A program made the translations under genes and the position numbers. Below are positions 9,639 to 18,933 of a stretch of 64,000 nt of DNA, piece by piece. Each line of letters opens with the position of its first letter. Position 1 is the stretch's first letter. Source of the DNA: an uncultured Gemmatimonadales bacterium (GTDB taxonomy: Bacteria > Gemmatimonadota > Gemmatimonadetes > Gemmatimonadales > Gemmatimonadaceae); the NCBI GenBank assembly GCA_963851265.1, contig CAWKNZ010000007.1, positions 640,001 through 704,000 on the forward strand, given 5' to 3'. A model generated the notes under the pieces. That model worked only from the letters and a program-made list of their open reading frames with translations. It was not told where the DNA came from and ran no database searches.

Positions 9639-10238
9639 GTGCGTCTGTTCCTCGTCCGCCACGCGCTGGTCGACCCGGTCGGGGTCTCGCTCCCGGGCCG
9701 CACGCCGGGCGTCTCGCTCAACGCGGCCGGGCGCGCGCAGCTCGCGCCGTTAGGCGCGCGCGTCGCCCGCCGGCTCGCCGGCGCGCCGCTCGACGCGGTG
9801 CTCGCCAGCCCTCTCGCGCGCGCGCAGGAGACGGCGGCCGCGATCGCCGGGCGGTACGGGCTGCCGGTCACCGTCGAACCCGCGCTCCACGAACTCGACC
9901 TCGGCCGCTGGACGGGGCGCGCCCTCGCGGGCCTGGGCGACGACCCGGATTGGGTGCCGTTCAACACGTACCGGAGCGGCACGCCGGCCGGTGGCGGCGA
10001 GCTCGCGGCGGTGGCGCAGGCGCGCGCCGTAGCGGCACTGCTCGCGCGCGCGCGTGCGACGCCCGACGCCGCCGTCGCGGCGGTGAGTCACGGCGACGTC
10101 GTGCGGGCCGTGCTCGCGTACGTGCTGGGCGTCCCCATCGACCTGCAGCTGCGGATCGAGGTCGCGCCGGCCTCGGTGAGCGAGATCGAACTGCGACCCT
10201 GGGGACCGCGCGTCCTGGCTCTGAACGACGTATCCTAG
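9639..10238 (+). CDS. Histidine phosphatase (phosphoglycerate mutase) family protein
   Basis: LVRHA, SPLARAQETA, ELDLGRW, VSHGDVVR. Confidence 0.85.
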   Translation: MRLFLVRHALVDPVGVSLPGRTPGVSLNAAGRAQLAPLGARVARRLAGAPLDAVLASPLARAQETAAAIAGRYGLPVTVEPALHELDLGRWTGRALAGLGDDPDWVPFNTYRSGTPAGGGELAAVAQARAVAALLARARATPDAAVAAVSHGDVVRAVLAYVLGVPIDLQLRIEVAPASVSEIELRPWGPRVLALNDVS

Positions 10239-10278
10239 AGGCGTAGCGTCCCCGACCATCCCCCGTGCCTAGACCCCC

Positions 10279-11346
<1,068 letters not shown>

Positions 11347-11361
11347 TCGGCGGCGACGTCG

Positions 11362-12249
11362 TCAGCGCGCGAGGGAAAAGGAGAACGGCAACTGCACGAG
11401 CTGTTTCACCTTGCACCCGGCAATCTCGGCCGGGTAAAACCGCGCGCGCCGGATGCCGTCGACTGAGGCCTCGAGGAAGGCGTCGTAGTGCCGCCGCAGC
11501 TCGCCGGTCAGGCGGGGCCGATCGGCCGGCCACACGTCGTGCACCGTGGTCACGTCCGCGCGCCCGCTCGTGTCGACCACGAACTGCAGGGCAAGGAGTC
11601 CCTCCGCGTGGCCCATTCGTGCACCCTCCGGGTACGTCGCGCGCAACGTCCCCGGCACCGCAGCCGCCTGCTTCTCGACGGCGGTGCGGAGCGTGAACGC
11701 GACGAGCGTCGCGGGCCCCGCAGGGCGCGCGACGACGCGGCCGCGGACCACGTCGGACTTGCGGACGTAGCCGAGCGTGAACGGCATCGAGTCCGCCGTG
11801 AAGCTCTCCGGCATGATGAACGTCTCGTCGTGCTGCTGCGCCTCGGCCAGCGCGCGCCCGAGGACCGCCGCGGCCGGCGACTCCGGCGAATGGACCGGCG
11901 TCCAGTGCAGCGTTCCGTCCCGCCTGGCGACCACGCGCACCCCCGCACTGTCGATCCCGCCAACCCACAGCGCGGCCGTCGCGCCGTCGCGCCGTGGTCT
12001 AACGACGAGCGAGTCGCCGCGCGGCAGGACGTCCGGCGAGCCGGCCAGCGCCGTGCGGATCCGGGCCGCCACGGCCTCCCCGATCAGGAGCAGGCTCGTC
12101 GCGGCGGCCGTATCGGCACGGTTCACGACCGTGACGCGGACGTAGACCGGAACGGGGGTAAAGAGGCTGTCGGCGCCGCACGCGCGTGGGGCAGCGCCCG
12201 ACACCGCGCCCGTATCAGCGAGCGCGGCAGTAAGGGCAAGCAGGAACAT
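11362..12249 (-). CDS. Secreted protein with TonB C-terminal domain
   Basis: YPEGAR...EG...LQFVVDTSGR...RFYPAEIAGCKVKQLVQLPFSF resembles TonB_C; hydrophobic N-terminus. Confidence 0.7.
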   Translation of the reverse strand: MFLLALTAALADTGAVSGAAPRACGADSLFTPVPVYVRVTVVNRADTAAATSLLLIGEAVAARIRTALAGSPDVLPRGDSLVVRPRRDGATAALWVGGIDSAGVRVVARRDGTLHWTPVHSPESPAAAVLGRALAEAQQHDETFIMPESFTADSMPFTLGYVRKSDVVRGRVVARPAGPATLVAFTLRTAVEKQAAAVPGTLRATYPEGARMGHAEGLLALQFVVDTSGRADVTTVHDVWPADRPRLTGELRRHYDAFLEASVDGIRRARFYPAEIAGCKVKQLVQLPFSFSLAR

Positions 12250-12292
12250 GCGTCAGCTTGCTACGAGGTTCGGCCACGGTCAAGCTTCGCCC

Positions 12293-13213
12293 ATGCCTAC
12301 GCGCACGCGCCTCGACCCGCGACTCGGTCTCCTGCTGGCCGCCGTCCTCTTCTCGACCGGCGGTGCGGCCATCAAGTCGGCCGCGCTCACCAGCTGGCAG
12401 ATCGCGAGCTTCCGCTCGGGGATCGCGGCCGTGGTCGTGTGGCTACTCGTTCCCCGCGCGCGCGCCCGCTGGACCCCGCGCATCCTGCTGGTCGCCGCCG
12501 TGTACGCGGCCACGATGGTGCTCTTCGTGGCCGCCAACAAGCTCACCACGTCGGCCAACACCATCTTCCTGCAGTCGACGGCGCCGCTCTACGTGCTGCT
12601 CGCCGGCCCGCTGTTGCTGCACGAACGCGTGACGCGCGCCGACCTCGCACTCGTCGCGGCCGTGGCGCTCGGCATGGCGCTCTTCTTCGTCGCCCCCGGA
12701 CCGCCGCAGGCCACCGCCCCCGACCCGGCGCGCGGGAACCTGCTCGCGGCGGTGAGCGGCGTCGCCTGGGGTGGCACGGTGCTCGGCCTGCGCTGGATCG
12801 GACGGGCCGACCCGACCGCGGCCGCAGCGACCGGCGACGCGGCTGCAGGCGGCGCGCCCGCGCTCGTCACCGTCGTCGCGGGAAACGCGCTCGCCTGCCT
12901 CGCGTGCCTCCCCGCCGCGCTGCCCGTGGTGCACCCGTCGGCCGCGAGCGTCGGCGTCGTGCTGTACCTCGGGATCGTCCAGATCGGGATCGCCTACCTC
13001 TCGCTTGCCGCGGCGATGCCGCACGTACCCGCGCTCGAAGCGAGCACGCTCCTCCTGGTCGAGCCCGCCCTCAACCCCGCGTGGGCCTATCTCGTTCACG
13101 GCGAACGGCCGTCGGTCCTCGCGTGGCTCGGCGGCGGGGTGATCCTGCTCTCCGCGCTCGCCAAGACGTGGTGGGACGTCCGCCATCCGTCGCGCGTCTA
13201 CTCCACGAGTTGA
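12293..13213 (+). CDS. DMT/EamA family transporter
   Basis: About 10 hydrophobic segments; TTSANTIFLQSTAP, LLHER, LVEPALNP, GERP. Confidence 0.85.
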   Translation: MPTRTRLDPRLGLLLAAVLFSTGGAAIKSAALTSWQIASFRSGIAAVVVWLLVPRARARWTPRILLVAAVYAATMVLFVAANKLTTSANTIFLQSTAPLYVLLAGPLLLHERVTRADLALVAAVALGMALFFVAPGPPQATAPDPARGNLLAAVSGVAWGGTVLGLRWIGRADPTAAAATGDAAAGGAPALVTVVAGNALACLACLPAALPVVHPSAASVGVVLYLGIVQIGIAYLSLAAAMPHVPALEASTLLLVEPALNPAWAYLVHGERPSVLAWLGGGVILLSALAKTWWDVRHPSRVYSTS

Positions 13214-13236
13214 TTCAGCCGCCACGACGCCCACCC

Positions 13237-13719
13237 ATGACGCCCCGCATGCTGCTCGCGCTCGCGAGCCTCGTCAACGCGCTCGTCGCGTTCTACCTGC
13301 ACCTCTGGAAGCTCGGCCTCGTCGGCTCGCTCGCCTGCACGTCGAGCGGCGGGTGCGAGTACGTCCAGGGCAGTCGCTACGGCTGGTTCCTCGGCACCGA
13401 CGTCGCGCTCATCGGCGCGGTGGGGTGGGCGATCGTCTTCGTCATCGCGTTCGTCGGTACCCTGCCGCGTTGGACCGACGACGCCCGCGTCACCCGCGCG
13501 CTCACGGCGCTCGTCGGGTTCGCGCTGCTGTTCACGCTCCGCCTCAAATACGGCGAGTTCGTGGTCCTGCGCTCGTTCTGCCCATGGTGCGCCGTGAACG
13601 CGATCGTCGTCGTGCTGTCGAGCATCCTCGTCTGGCGCGACTGGGTACGTCTGCGTACCGAGCGGCGGGACGCGGACGACTACGCGTTCAACCAGGACGC
13701 CCGAAGCACGACGGCATGA
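13237..13719 (+). CDS. Vitamin K epoxide reductase (VKOR) family protein
   Basis: Loop cysteines C...GGC..VQGS and active-site CPWC among transmembrane segments. Confidence 0.85.
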   Translation: MTPRMLLALASLVNALVAFYLHLWKLGLVGSLACTSSGGCEYVQGSRYGWFLGTDVALIGAVGWAIVFVIAFVGTLPRWTDDARVTRALTALVGFALLFTLRLKYGEFVVLRSFCPWCAVNAIVVVLSSILVWRDWVRLRTERRDADDYAFNQDARSTTA

Positions 13720-13924
13720 AGTACCAGAGCGCCGCCATCTGCAGCGTGGCCATGATGACGCCGAACACGAGCGGATGGCAGCCGCGGGGCAGGGGACGCT
13801 CGGCCGCCGACGGCGTGTGAAACGGGGCTAACGGCGGCAGAGCCTCGGGCGGGGCGCCCGAGGCAGCGTCGGGGAGCGGATCGGGCGCGTCGTTCGACGC
13901 GTGGGGCGGCTCGTCGGGCGGCAT
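13688..13924 (-). CDS. Small hypothetical membrane protein
   Basis: 78 aa; Pro/Asp-rich N-terminus and one hydrophobic helix (GCHPLVFGVIMATLQMAALWYF). Confidence 0.45.
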   Translation of the reverse strand: MPPDEPPHASNDAPDPLPDAASGAPPEALPPLAPFHTPSAAERPLPRGCHPLVFGVIMATLQMAALWYFMPSCFGRPG

Positions 13925-14169
13925 GCGCGCAATCTGTGTGGGCGTACGTCACGGACGCACCGCGCCCGAATCCCGTACTCGGTGACGCTCGCACCACTCG
14001 CAGGGTGCCTCATATGACCCGGCGCGTGTAACATGACAGGGTAAGGTTGTTCGCCGCCGGTCGCTGTCGCCTTGGGCGCACGTTGCCCGCATGGCGTAGG
14101 ACCCGGCTCCGCGGCCCCGCGCGCCGGAATGTCCGTCTGCGCGGGGCCGTTCCGTTTCTACCCCACTGC

Positions 14170-15615
14170 ATGTCGTTTTCGACTTTCGAGCTCACCCCCG
14201 ACCTGCTTCGCGGCGTCGAGGCGATGGGCTTCACGGCCCCGACGCCCATCCAGGCCCAGGCCATTCCGCCGGCGGTCGCCGGCCGCGACCTCCTCGCGTG
14301 CGCGATGACCGGGAGCGGGAAGACCGCGGCGTTCGTGCTGCCGCTGCTCAACCGGCTGCTCGCCACGCGCGCCACGGCCGACGCGGGTCGCCGCGGTCCA
14401 CGCGCCCTCGTCCTCACGCCCACGCGTGAGCTGGCCGCGCAGGTGCTCGAGCACCTCTCGGCCCTCGCGCGGTTCACCCCGCTCACCTCCGCCGCGGTGT
14501 TCGGCGGCGTCGCGATGGGGCCGCAGGAGCAGGCGTTCCGCCGCAACGTCGACGTGATCGTCGCCACGCCGGGCCGGCTGCTCGACCACCTGAAGCAGCC
14601 CTACGCGAAGCTGGAGCGGGTCGAGGTGCTCGTGCTCGACGAGGCCGACCGGATGCTCGACATGGGCTTCCTCCCCGACATCCGCCGCGTGCTCTCGCAC
14701 CTGCCGCGCCAGCGGCAGACGCTGTTCTTCTCGGCGACGATGCCCGGCCCCATCGCGGAGCTCTCGCGCGAGCTGCTGCAGAACCCCGTGTTCCTCAACC
14801 AGGAGCGCACGGCCAAGCCCGCCGTCGGGGTCACGCAGGCGCTGTACCCGGTGCGCGAGGAGCTCAAGGCCGCGCTCTTTCTCGAGCTGCTCAAGCGCGG
14901 CACGCTCAAGGACGTGATCGTCTTCACGCGCACCAAGCACCGTTCCAACCGCCTCGCCGAGTACCTGACGAAGCAGGGCGTCGCGTGCGAGCGCATCCAC
15001 GGCAACCGGTCGCAGGCGCAGCGCACGCAGGCGCTCGCGGGCTTCAAGGACGGCCGGGTGCAGGTGCTGGTCGCGACCGACATCGTCGCGCGCGGCATCG
15101 ACGTCGAGGAGCTGAGCCACGTGGTCAACTTCGACGTGCCGCACCTCCCGGAGGATTACATCCACCGCGTGGGCCGCACGGCGCGCGCGGAGGCCACCGG
15201 CGACGCGTTCACGTTCGTCGCGCCGGAGGAGGAGACCGACCTGCGCGCCATCGAGAAGGCGATCGGCCGCAAGCTGCCGCGCCTCACGGTCGAGAACTTC
15301 GACTACGCGTCGAGGCCGGCCGAGCGCTTCGAGGTGCCCATCGCCGAGCGCATCGCGGAGATCCGCAAGCGCAAGGCGGAGGAGCGCGCGCGCGCCAAGG
15401 AGAAGGCGGACCGCCGAGCGCAGCACTCGGCCGCCGAGGAGGCGCGCCGCGGCACGCGTCCCGCGGCCGCGGGCCGGCCCAACGGCGGCGGGTATTCGCC
15501 TAACGCCTCGTCGGGCGCCGGCGGCACCGCGCTGGCCGAGGCGCCCGCGCGCCGCCGGAGCGGCGGGCGTGGGGGCCGCGGCCGCGGCGGGAACGGCGGC
15601 GGCCGACACGGCTGA
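14170..15615 (+). CDS. DEAD-box RNA helicase (RhlE-like)
   Basis: Q motif PTPIQ, TGSGKT, PTREL, DEAD, SAT, HGNRSQ, HRVGRTAR; RG-rich tail. Confidence 0.92.
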   Translation: MSFSTFELTPDLLRGVEAMGFTAPTPIQAQAIPPAVAGRDLLACAMTGSGKTAAFVLPLLNRLLATRATADAGRRGPRALVLTPTRELAAQVLEHLSALARFTPLTSAAVFGGVAMGPQEQAFRRNVDVIVATPGRLLDHLKQPYAKLERVEVLVLDEADRMLDMGFLPDIRRVLSHLPRQRQTLFFSATMPGPIAELSRELLQNPVFLNQERTAKPAVGVTQALYPVREELKAALFLELLKRGTLKDVIVFTRTKHRSNRLAEYLTKQGVACERIHGNRSQAQRTQALAGFKDGRVQVLVATDIVARGIDVEELSHVVNFDVPHLPEDYIHRVGRTARAEATGDAFTFVAPEEETDLRAIEKAIGRKLPRLTVENFDYASRPAERFEVPIAERIAEIRKRKAEERARAKEKADRRAQHSAAEEARRGTRPAAAGRPNGGGYSPNASSGAGGTALAEAPARRRSGGRGGRGRGGNGGGRHG

Positions 15616-15634
15616 CGCGGTCGCGCCGCGGCCG

Positions 15635-15698
15635 CGGGTGACACAGACGAGGGGGCGCCGGACCAGATGGTCCGGCGCCCCCTCGTCTGTGTCACCCG
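15635..15698. terminator. 31-bp perfect inverted repeat between convergent genes (putative bidirectional terminator)
   Basis: CGGGTGACACAGACGAGGGGGCGCCGGACCA-ga-TGGTCCGGCGCCCCCTCGTCTGTGTCACCCG. Confidence 0.7.
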
Positions 15699-15706
15699 GC
15701 CTGACG

Positions 15707-16711
15707 TTAGGCCAGGTTCCCCGTCGCGATGAGTTTCGTGACGTCCTGGACGACGAACGGCTGCACGATCGCCGCGACCTGGCCGGCCGCGAGCGGCTCG
15801 TCGAAGGCGAGCGTGACGTCCGTGCCCGTCGCGAGCCCGGCCAGCCCGGACGCGTCGATCACCACGTCGGACGTACCGTTGTTGACGGTGTGCTTCGTGT
15901 TGCCCTCGCCCGCGTAGATGAGGGCGAACGCCGACACGACCGCGGCCGGCAGCGTCACGCCGCTCGGTGCGCCCGCGGCCGCGGCGCCGTCACCCTTCAC
16001 GGTGCCGCTGTACCGGACCTGCGTATTGGCGCTGTCGAGCGTGCGGCGGAGGCGGCGGATGCGCGAGGCGTGGCGCGCCTCGAGGGCGTGGATCTGCAGC
16101 GCGGGCTTGAGCGCGGCCGTTCCGAGCAGCTTGCCGGCCTGGCCCTTGTACGCGCGGACGCCGGTGTCCTCGAAGCCCTGCGTCGCGGCGAGCAGGAACA
16201 CCGGGTCGGTCGTCGCCGGGGCGAACGGGCCGTTGCCGGCGCCGCGACCGCCGGTGAAGTCGAACGTCGCGGCCGGGTCGTACACCCCAGCCGTCCCGCC
16301 GAGCGCCTTGATCGTCGTCTGCAGGAAGGCGACGTGCGCCGTCTCGTGCTGGCTGAGGAGCTGCAGCGTCGGGACGATCGTGGCGTTCGTCGCGGGCAGC
16401 TTGCCGCGGACGGTGGCGAACGCCGTGTTGAACGCGGCGACCGTGCTGGTGCCGAGTACCGCCTTGTAGAACTCGCTCTCGAGGTTCTCGAGGAGGAGGG
16501 CGTAGTTGAGCACGTCGAGCACGGTCTGCGAAGTGGTCTGCGCGACGGCGGTCGAGGCGAGCGCGCCCAACATGATCGGCACGGAGCCGAGGGCGATGGC
16601 GGCCTTGACGAGGTCGTTCGGCTTGTCGCCATCGGCGATCGCTTCGGCGCGCTCGACGATCGCGTCCATCACCTTCGGCTCGATCGCGTCGAGAATTGAC
16701 TGGTTTTCCAT
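15707..16711 (-). CDS. Ferritin-like domain protein (Ferritin_2, desiccation-related type)
   Basis: VLNYALLLENLESEFY, HETAHV, FEDTGVRAYKG, IHALEARHA. Confidence 0.85.
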   Translation of the reverse strand: MENQSILDAIEPKVMDAIVERAEAIADGDKPNDLVKAAIALGSVPIMLGALASTAVAQTTSQTVLDVLNYALLLENLESEFYKAVLGTSTVAAFNTAFATVRGKLPATNATIVPTLQLLSQHETAHVAFLQTTIKALGGTAGVYDPAATFDFTGGRGAGNGPFAPATTDPVFLLAATQGFEDTGVRAYKGQAGKLLGTAALKPALQIHALEARHASRIRRLRRTLDSANTQVRYSGTVKGDGAAAAGAPSGVTLPAAVVSAFALIYAGEGNTKHTVNNGTSDVVIDASGLAGLATGTDVTLAFDEPLAAGQVAAIVQPFVVQDVTKLIATGNLA

Positions 16712-16730
16712 GGGTTGGGTTCTCGGACGG

Positions 16731-17483
16731 TCAGGCCGTGAGGGTGATCGTGTTCTTGATGAACGGCTGCGCGTTGCCGGCCACCGTCGACTCGGACGCC
16801 ACCGCGGCGTCGAGCGCGTTCGTCGGGTCGGCGCCGAGCCCGTTGAGGACGCCCGCGGTGAGGTCGGCGTAGGCCTTGCCGGTGGCGTCGAGCGAGTCGG
16901 CGATGGCGGCGGTGTGGCGCGCCTCGATCGACACGATCTTGCCGGCGACGAGCAGGTTGTTGGCGTTCTTGATCGCCGGGCCCGCGCCGTTGTAGGCGGC
17001 GATGCCGTTGGTCTCGAGCGTGAGTGCCGTCGTGAGCAGCGGCCCGCGGCTCGGGTTGGTCAGCACCGACGAGAAGTCGAACGTCAGGTTCGGGTACGCC
17101 GAGCCGAGCGCGGCCTTGAAGAAGGCGCGGTGCGTGACCTCGTCGTTCCGGATGTCGGTCAGCATCTCCTGCTCGGGCGCGCTGAACAGCGTCGAGAACG
17201 ACGGGAGCGCGACGACCTGCTCGTAGAAGCTCGACTCGAGCCCTTCGAGCGCCGCCGCGAAGGTGAAGATCCCGATGTCGCTCCCGAGGCTGATCGTAAC
17301 GCCGCTGGTCAGCGCCGGGTCGGTCGTGATGATGCGGCCCGTGTCGTCCGTGCAGGCCGCGAACAGCGCCGGCATGAGGACGAGCGAGCCGCCTAGGCCG
17401 AGCGCCTTCAGAAAGTTGCGACGTGTCGGCAGCGCGAGAAGCTCCGCCGTATTGTGGACGACGACCGTCCGTTCGTCTTGCAT
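16731..17483 (-). CDS. Tat-exported lipoprotein with ferritin-like domain
   Basis: TRRNFLK twin-arginine motif, LFAAC lipobox; LEGLESSFY, DEVTHR, LETNGIAAYNG, SIEARH. Confidence 0.85.
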   Translation of the reverse strand: MQDERTVVVHNTAELLALPTRRNFLKALGLGGSLVLMPALFAACTDDTGRIITTDPALTSGVTISLGSDIGIFTFAAALEGLESSFYEQVVALPSFSTLFSAPEQEMLTDIRNDEVTHRAFFKAALGSAYPNLTFDFSSVLTNPSRGPLLTTALTLETNGIAAYNGAGPAIKNANNLLVAGKIVSIEARHTAAIADSLDATGKAYADLTAGVLNGLGADPTNALDAAVASESTVAGNAQPFIKNTITLTA

Positions 17484-17626
17484 GATTCCGCCCCTCACCA
17501 CGTGAATGTCCAGAACGGCGCAGACATCCGTCGACACCGCTGTCGGTACTGCCCGCCACCGTGCCCCGGGCAACCGGCATCCCCTAAGCTAAACGCGTGC
17601 CGTGAGAACTGCTTGGTGTCGTATGA

Positions 17627-17659
17627 GGCAGTTCATGACGAGTCATGACGGGAACTGCC
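17627..17659. promoter_or_regulatory. Nested palindrome, candidate operator in a divergent promoter region
   Basis: TCATGAC-ga-GTCATGA overlapped by an outer GGCAGTTC...GAACTGCC pair, between the ferritin operon and the GntR gene. Confidence 0.35.
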
Positions 17660-17968
17660 GAGCGCCCGTGATGGTTAGGCAAAACTGCTACGCCGCGTTT
17701 CGGCAGCTGATGCGTTGCGCGAGCCCGGCGGACGCGCGAGCCGGCAGGCGCCGGGCGCCGCGACGGCGGCCCCAGGTACGACTCCGGCGCGGCGCGTGGA
17801 TGGCGGCCGCGCGGACACGGCGCGGATTGACGCGGTCCGCGACGACGCCCTGTTCTGTGGCGCTTTCCGCGATCCAGTGGTGGTGTGAATGGGTTCGCGG
17901 CAGTAAACCTTTGTCGCCGGACGCGCAACCCTCTTGGCCGTTCGTGCACCACGTCACACTGTAGCGCC

Positions 17969-18892
17969 ATGGAACTCGCCCCCCGCCGACGCCGCCTCGA
18001 ACTCGCCGATGCACTGCGTAGGCGCGTCGTCGGCGCGCTGGCGTCGGGCTCCATCCGGCGCGGTGAGCGACTGCCCAGCGCGCGAGAGGTGGCCGCGGAG
18101 GTCGACGCGGATCCGCGGCTCGTGCTGGCCGCGTACCGCATCCTCGCCAAGGAGGGTGTGGTCGAGATTCGGCGCCGGTCGGGGATCTACGTCGCGCGCT
18201 CGCCCGAGGTCTCGGGCGGCCCCGCGGTCGTCGCCGACGGTTGGGTGGTCGACGTGCTCGCCGAGGGGATCGAGCACGGCATCGCCGCCCCGCGGCTCGG
18301 CGAATGGCTCAAGCGCTGCGCCGCCACGCGCCGTGTGCGCGCCGCCGTGGTCGCCGACACGATCGACCAACTCGAGGCGTTCTGCGCCGAGCTGCGCGAG
18401 GACTACGGCGTCGACGCCGTCCCGTTCGCGCCCGAGGCGGTCCGCGGCTCCGCGCTGCCGCCCGAGATGTATTCGGCCGACTTCATCCTCACGGCCGACG
18501 GCTACGCCGAGCGGCTGCGCGGGATGGTGGGCACGACGGGCCGCCCGGTGATCGCCGTCCAGGTGCGCCCGGTCCTCCCTACCGCGTGGCGGCGCATCCT
18601 GACGCGCACGTCGATCCACGCCGTCGTGGCGGACGCGCGCTCGATGCAGGGGCTCGACGGCGCGCTCGGCGAACTCGCGCCGCGCCTCAAGGTGTACGTC
18701 GTGGGCCGCGACGACGTTCGCCAGATCCCGCCGGCGAGCCACGTGTACGTCTCCCGCAGCGCGCGGCGGCGGCTGGGCTCGACCGCGATCGCCGGGCGGC
18801 TGCTGCCGACGGAGCGCGCGTTCTCGGGCGAGACCGTCCGCGAGGTGTTGGGCGTCGTGGTCGAGTTGAACCTGCGGGCGATGGTGAGCTGA
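17969..18892 (+). CDS. GntR family transcriptional regulator with unrecognised C-terminal domain
   Basis: GERLPSAREVA...AYRILAKEGVVEIRRRSGIYV winged HTH. Confidence 0.8.
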   Translation: MELAPRRRRLELADALRRRVVGALASGSIRRGERLPSAREVAAEVDADPRLVLAAYRILAKEGVVEIRRRSGIYVARSPEVSGGPAVVADGWVVDVLAEGIEHGIAAPRLGEWLKRCAATRRVRAAVVADTIDQLEAFCAELREDYGVDAVPFAPEAVRGSALPPEMYSADFILTADGYAERLRGMVGTTGRPVIAVQVRPVLPTAWRRILTRTSIHAVVADARSMQGLDGALGELAPRLKVYVVGRDDVRQIPPASHVYVSRSARRRLGSTAIAGRLLPTERAFSGETVREVLGVVVELNLRAMVS

Positions 18893-18933
18893 GGCGTCAG
18901 GCGCGCGACCGCCGCGCGCCTAACGCCTCCCGG

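Noticed and set aside
15498..15712. GCCTAAC...GTTAGGC pairs as integron attC sites (RYYYAAC/GTTRRRY cores)
   Set aside because: The heptamer matches the attC core consensus, but copies lie mostly inside housekeeping genes. This pair spans about 215 bp and starts within the helicase CDS, and there is no integrase or cassette array.
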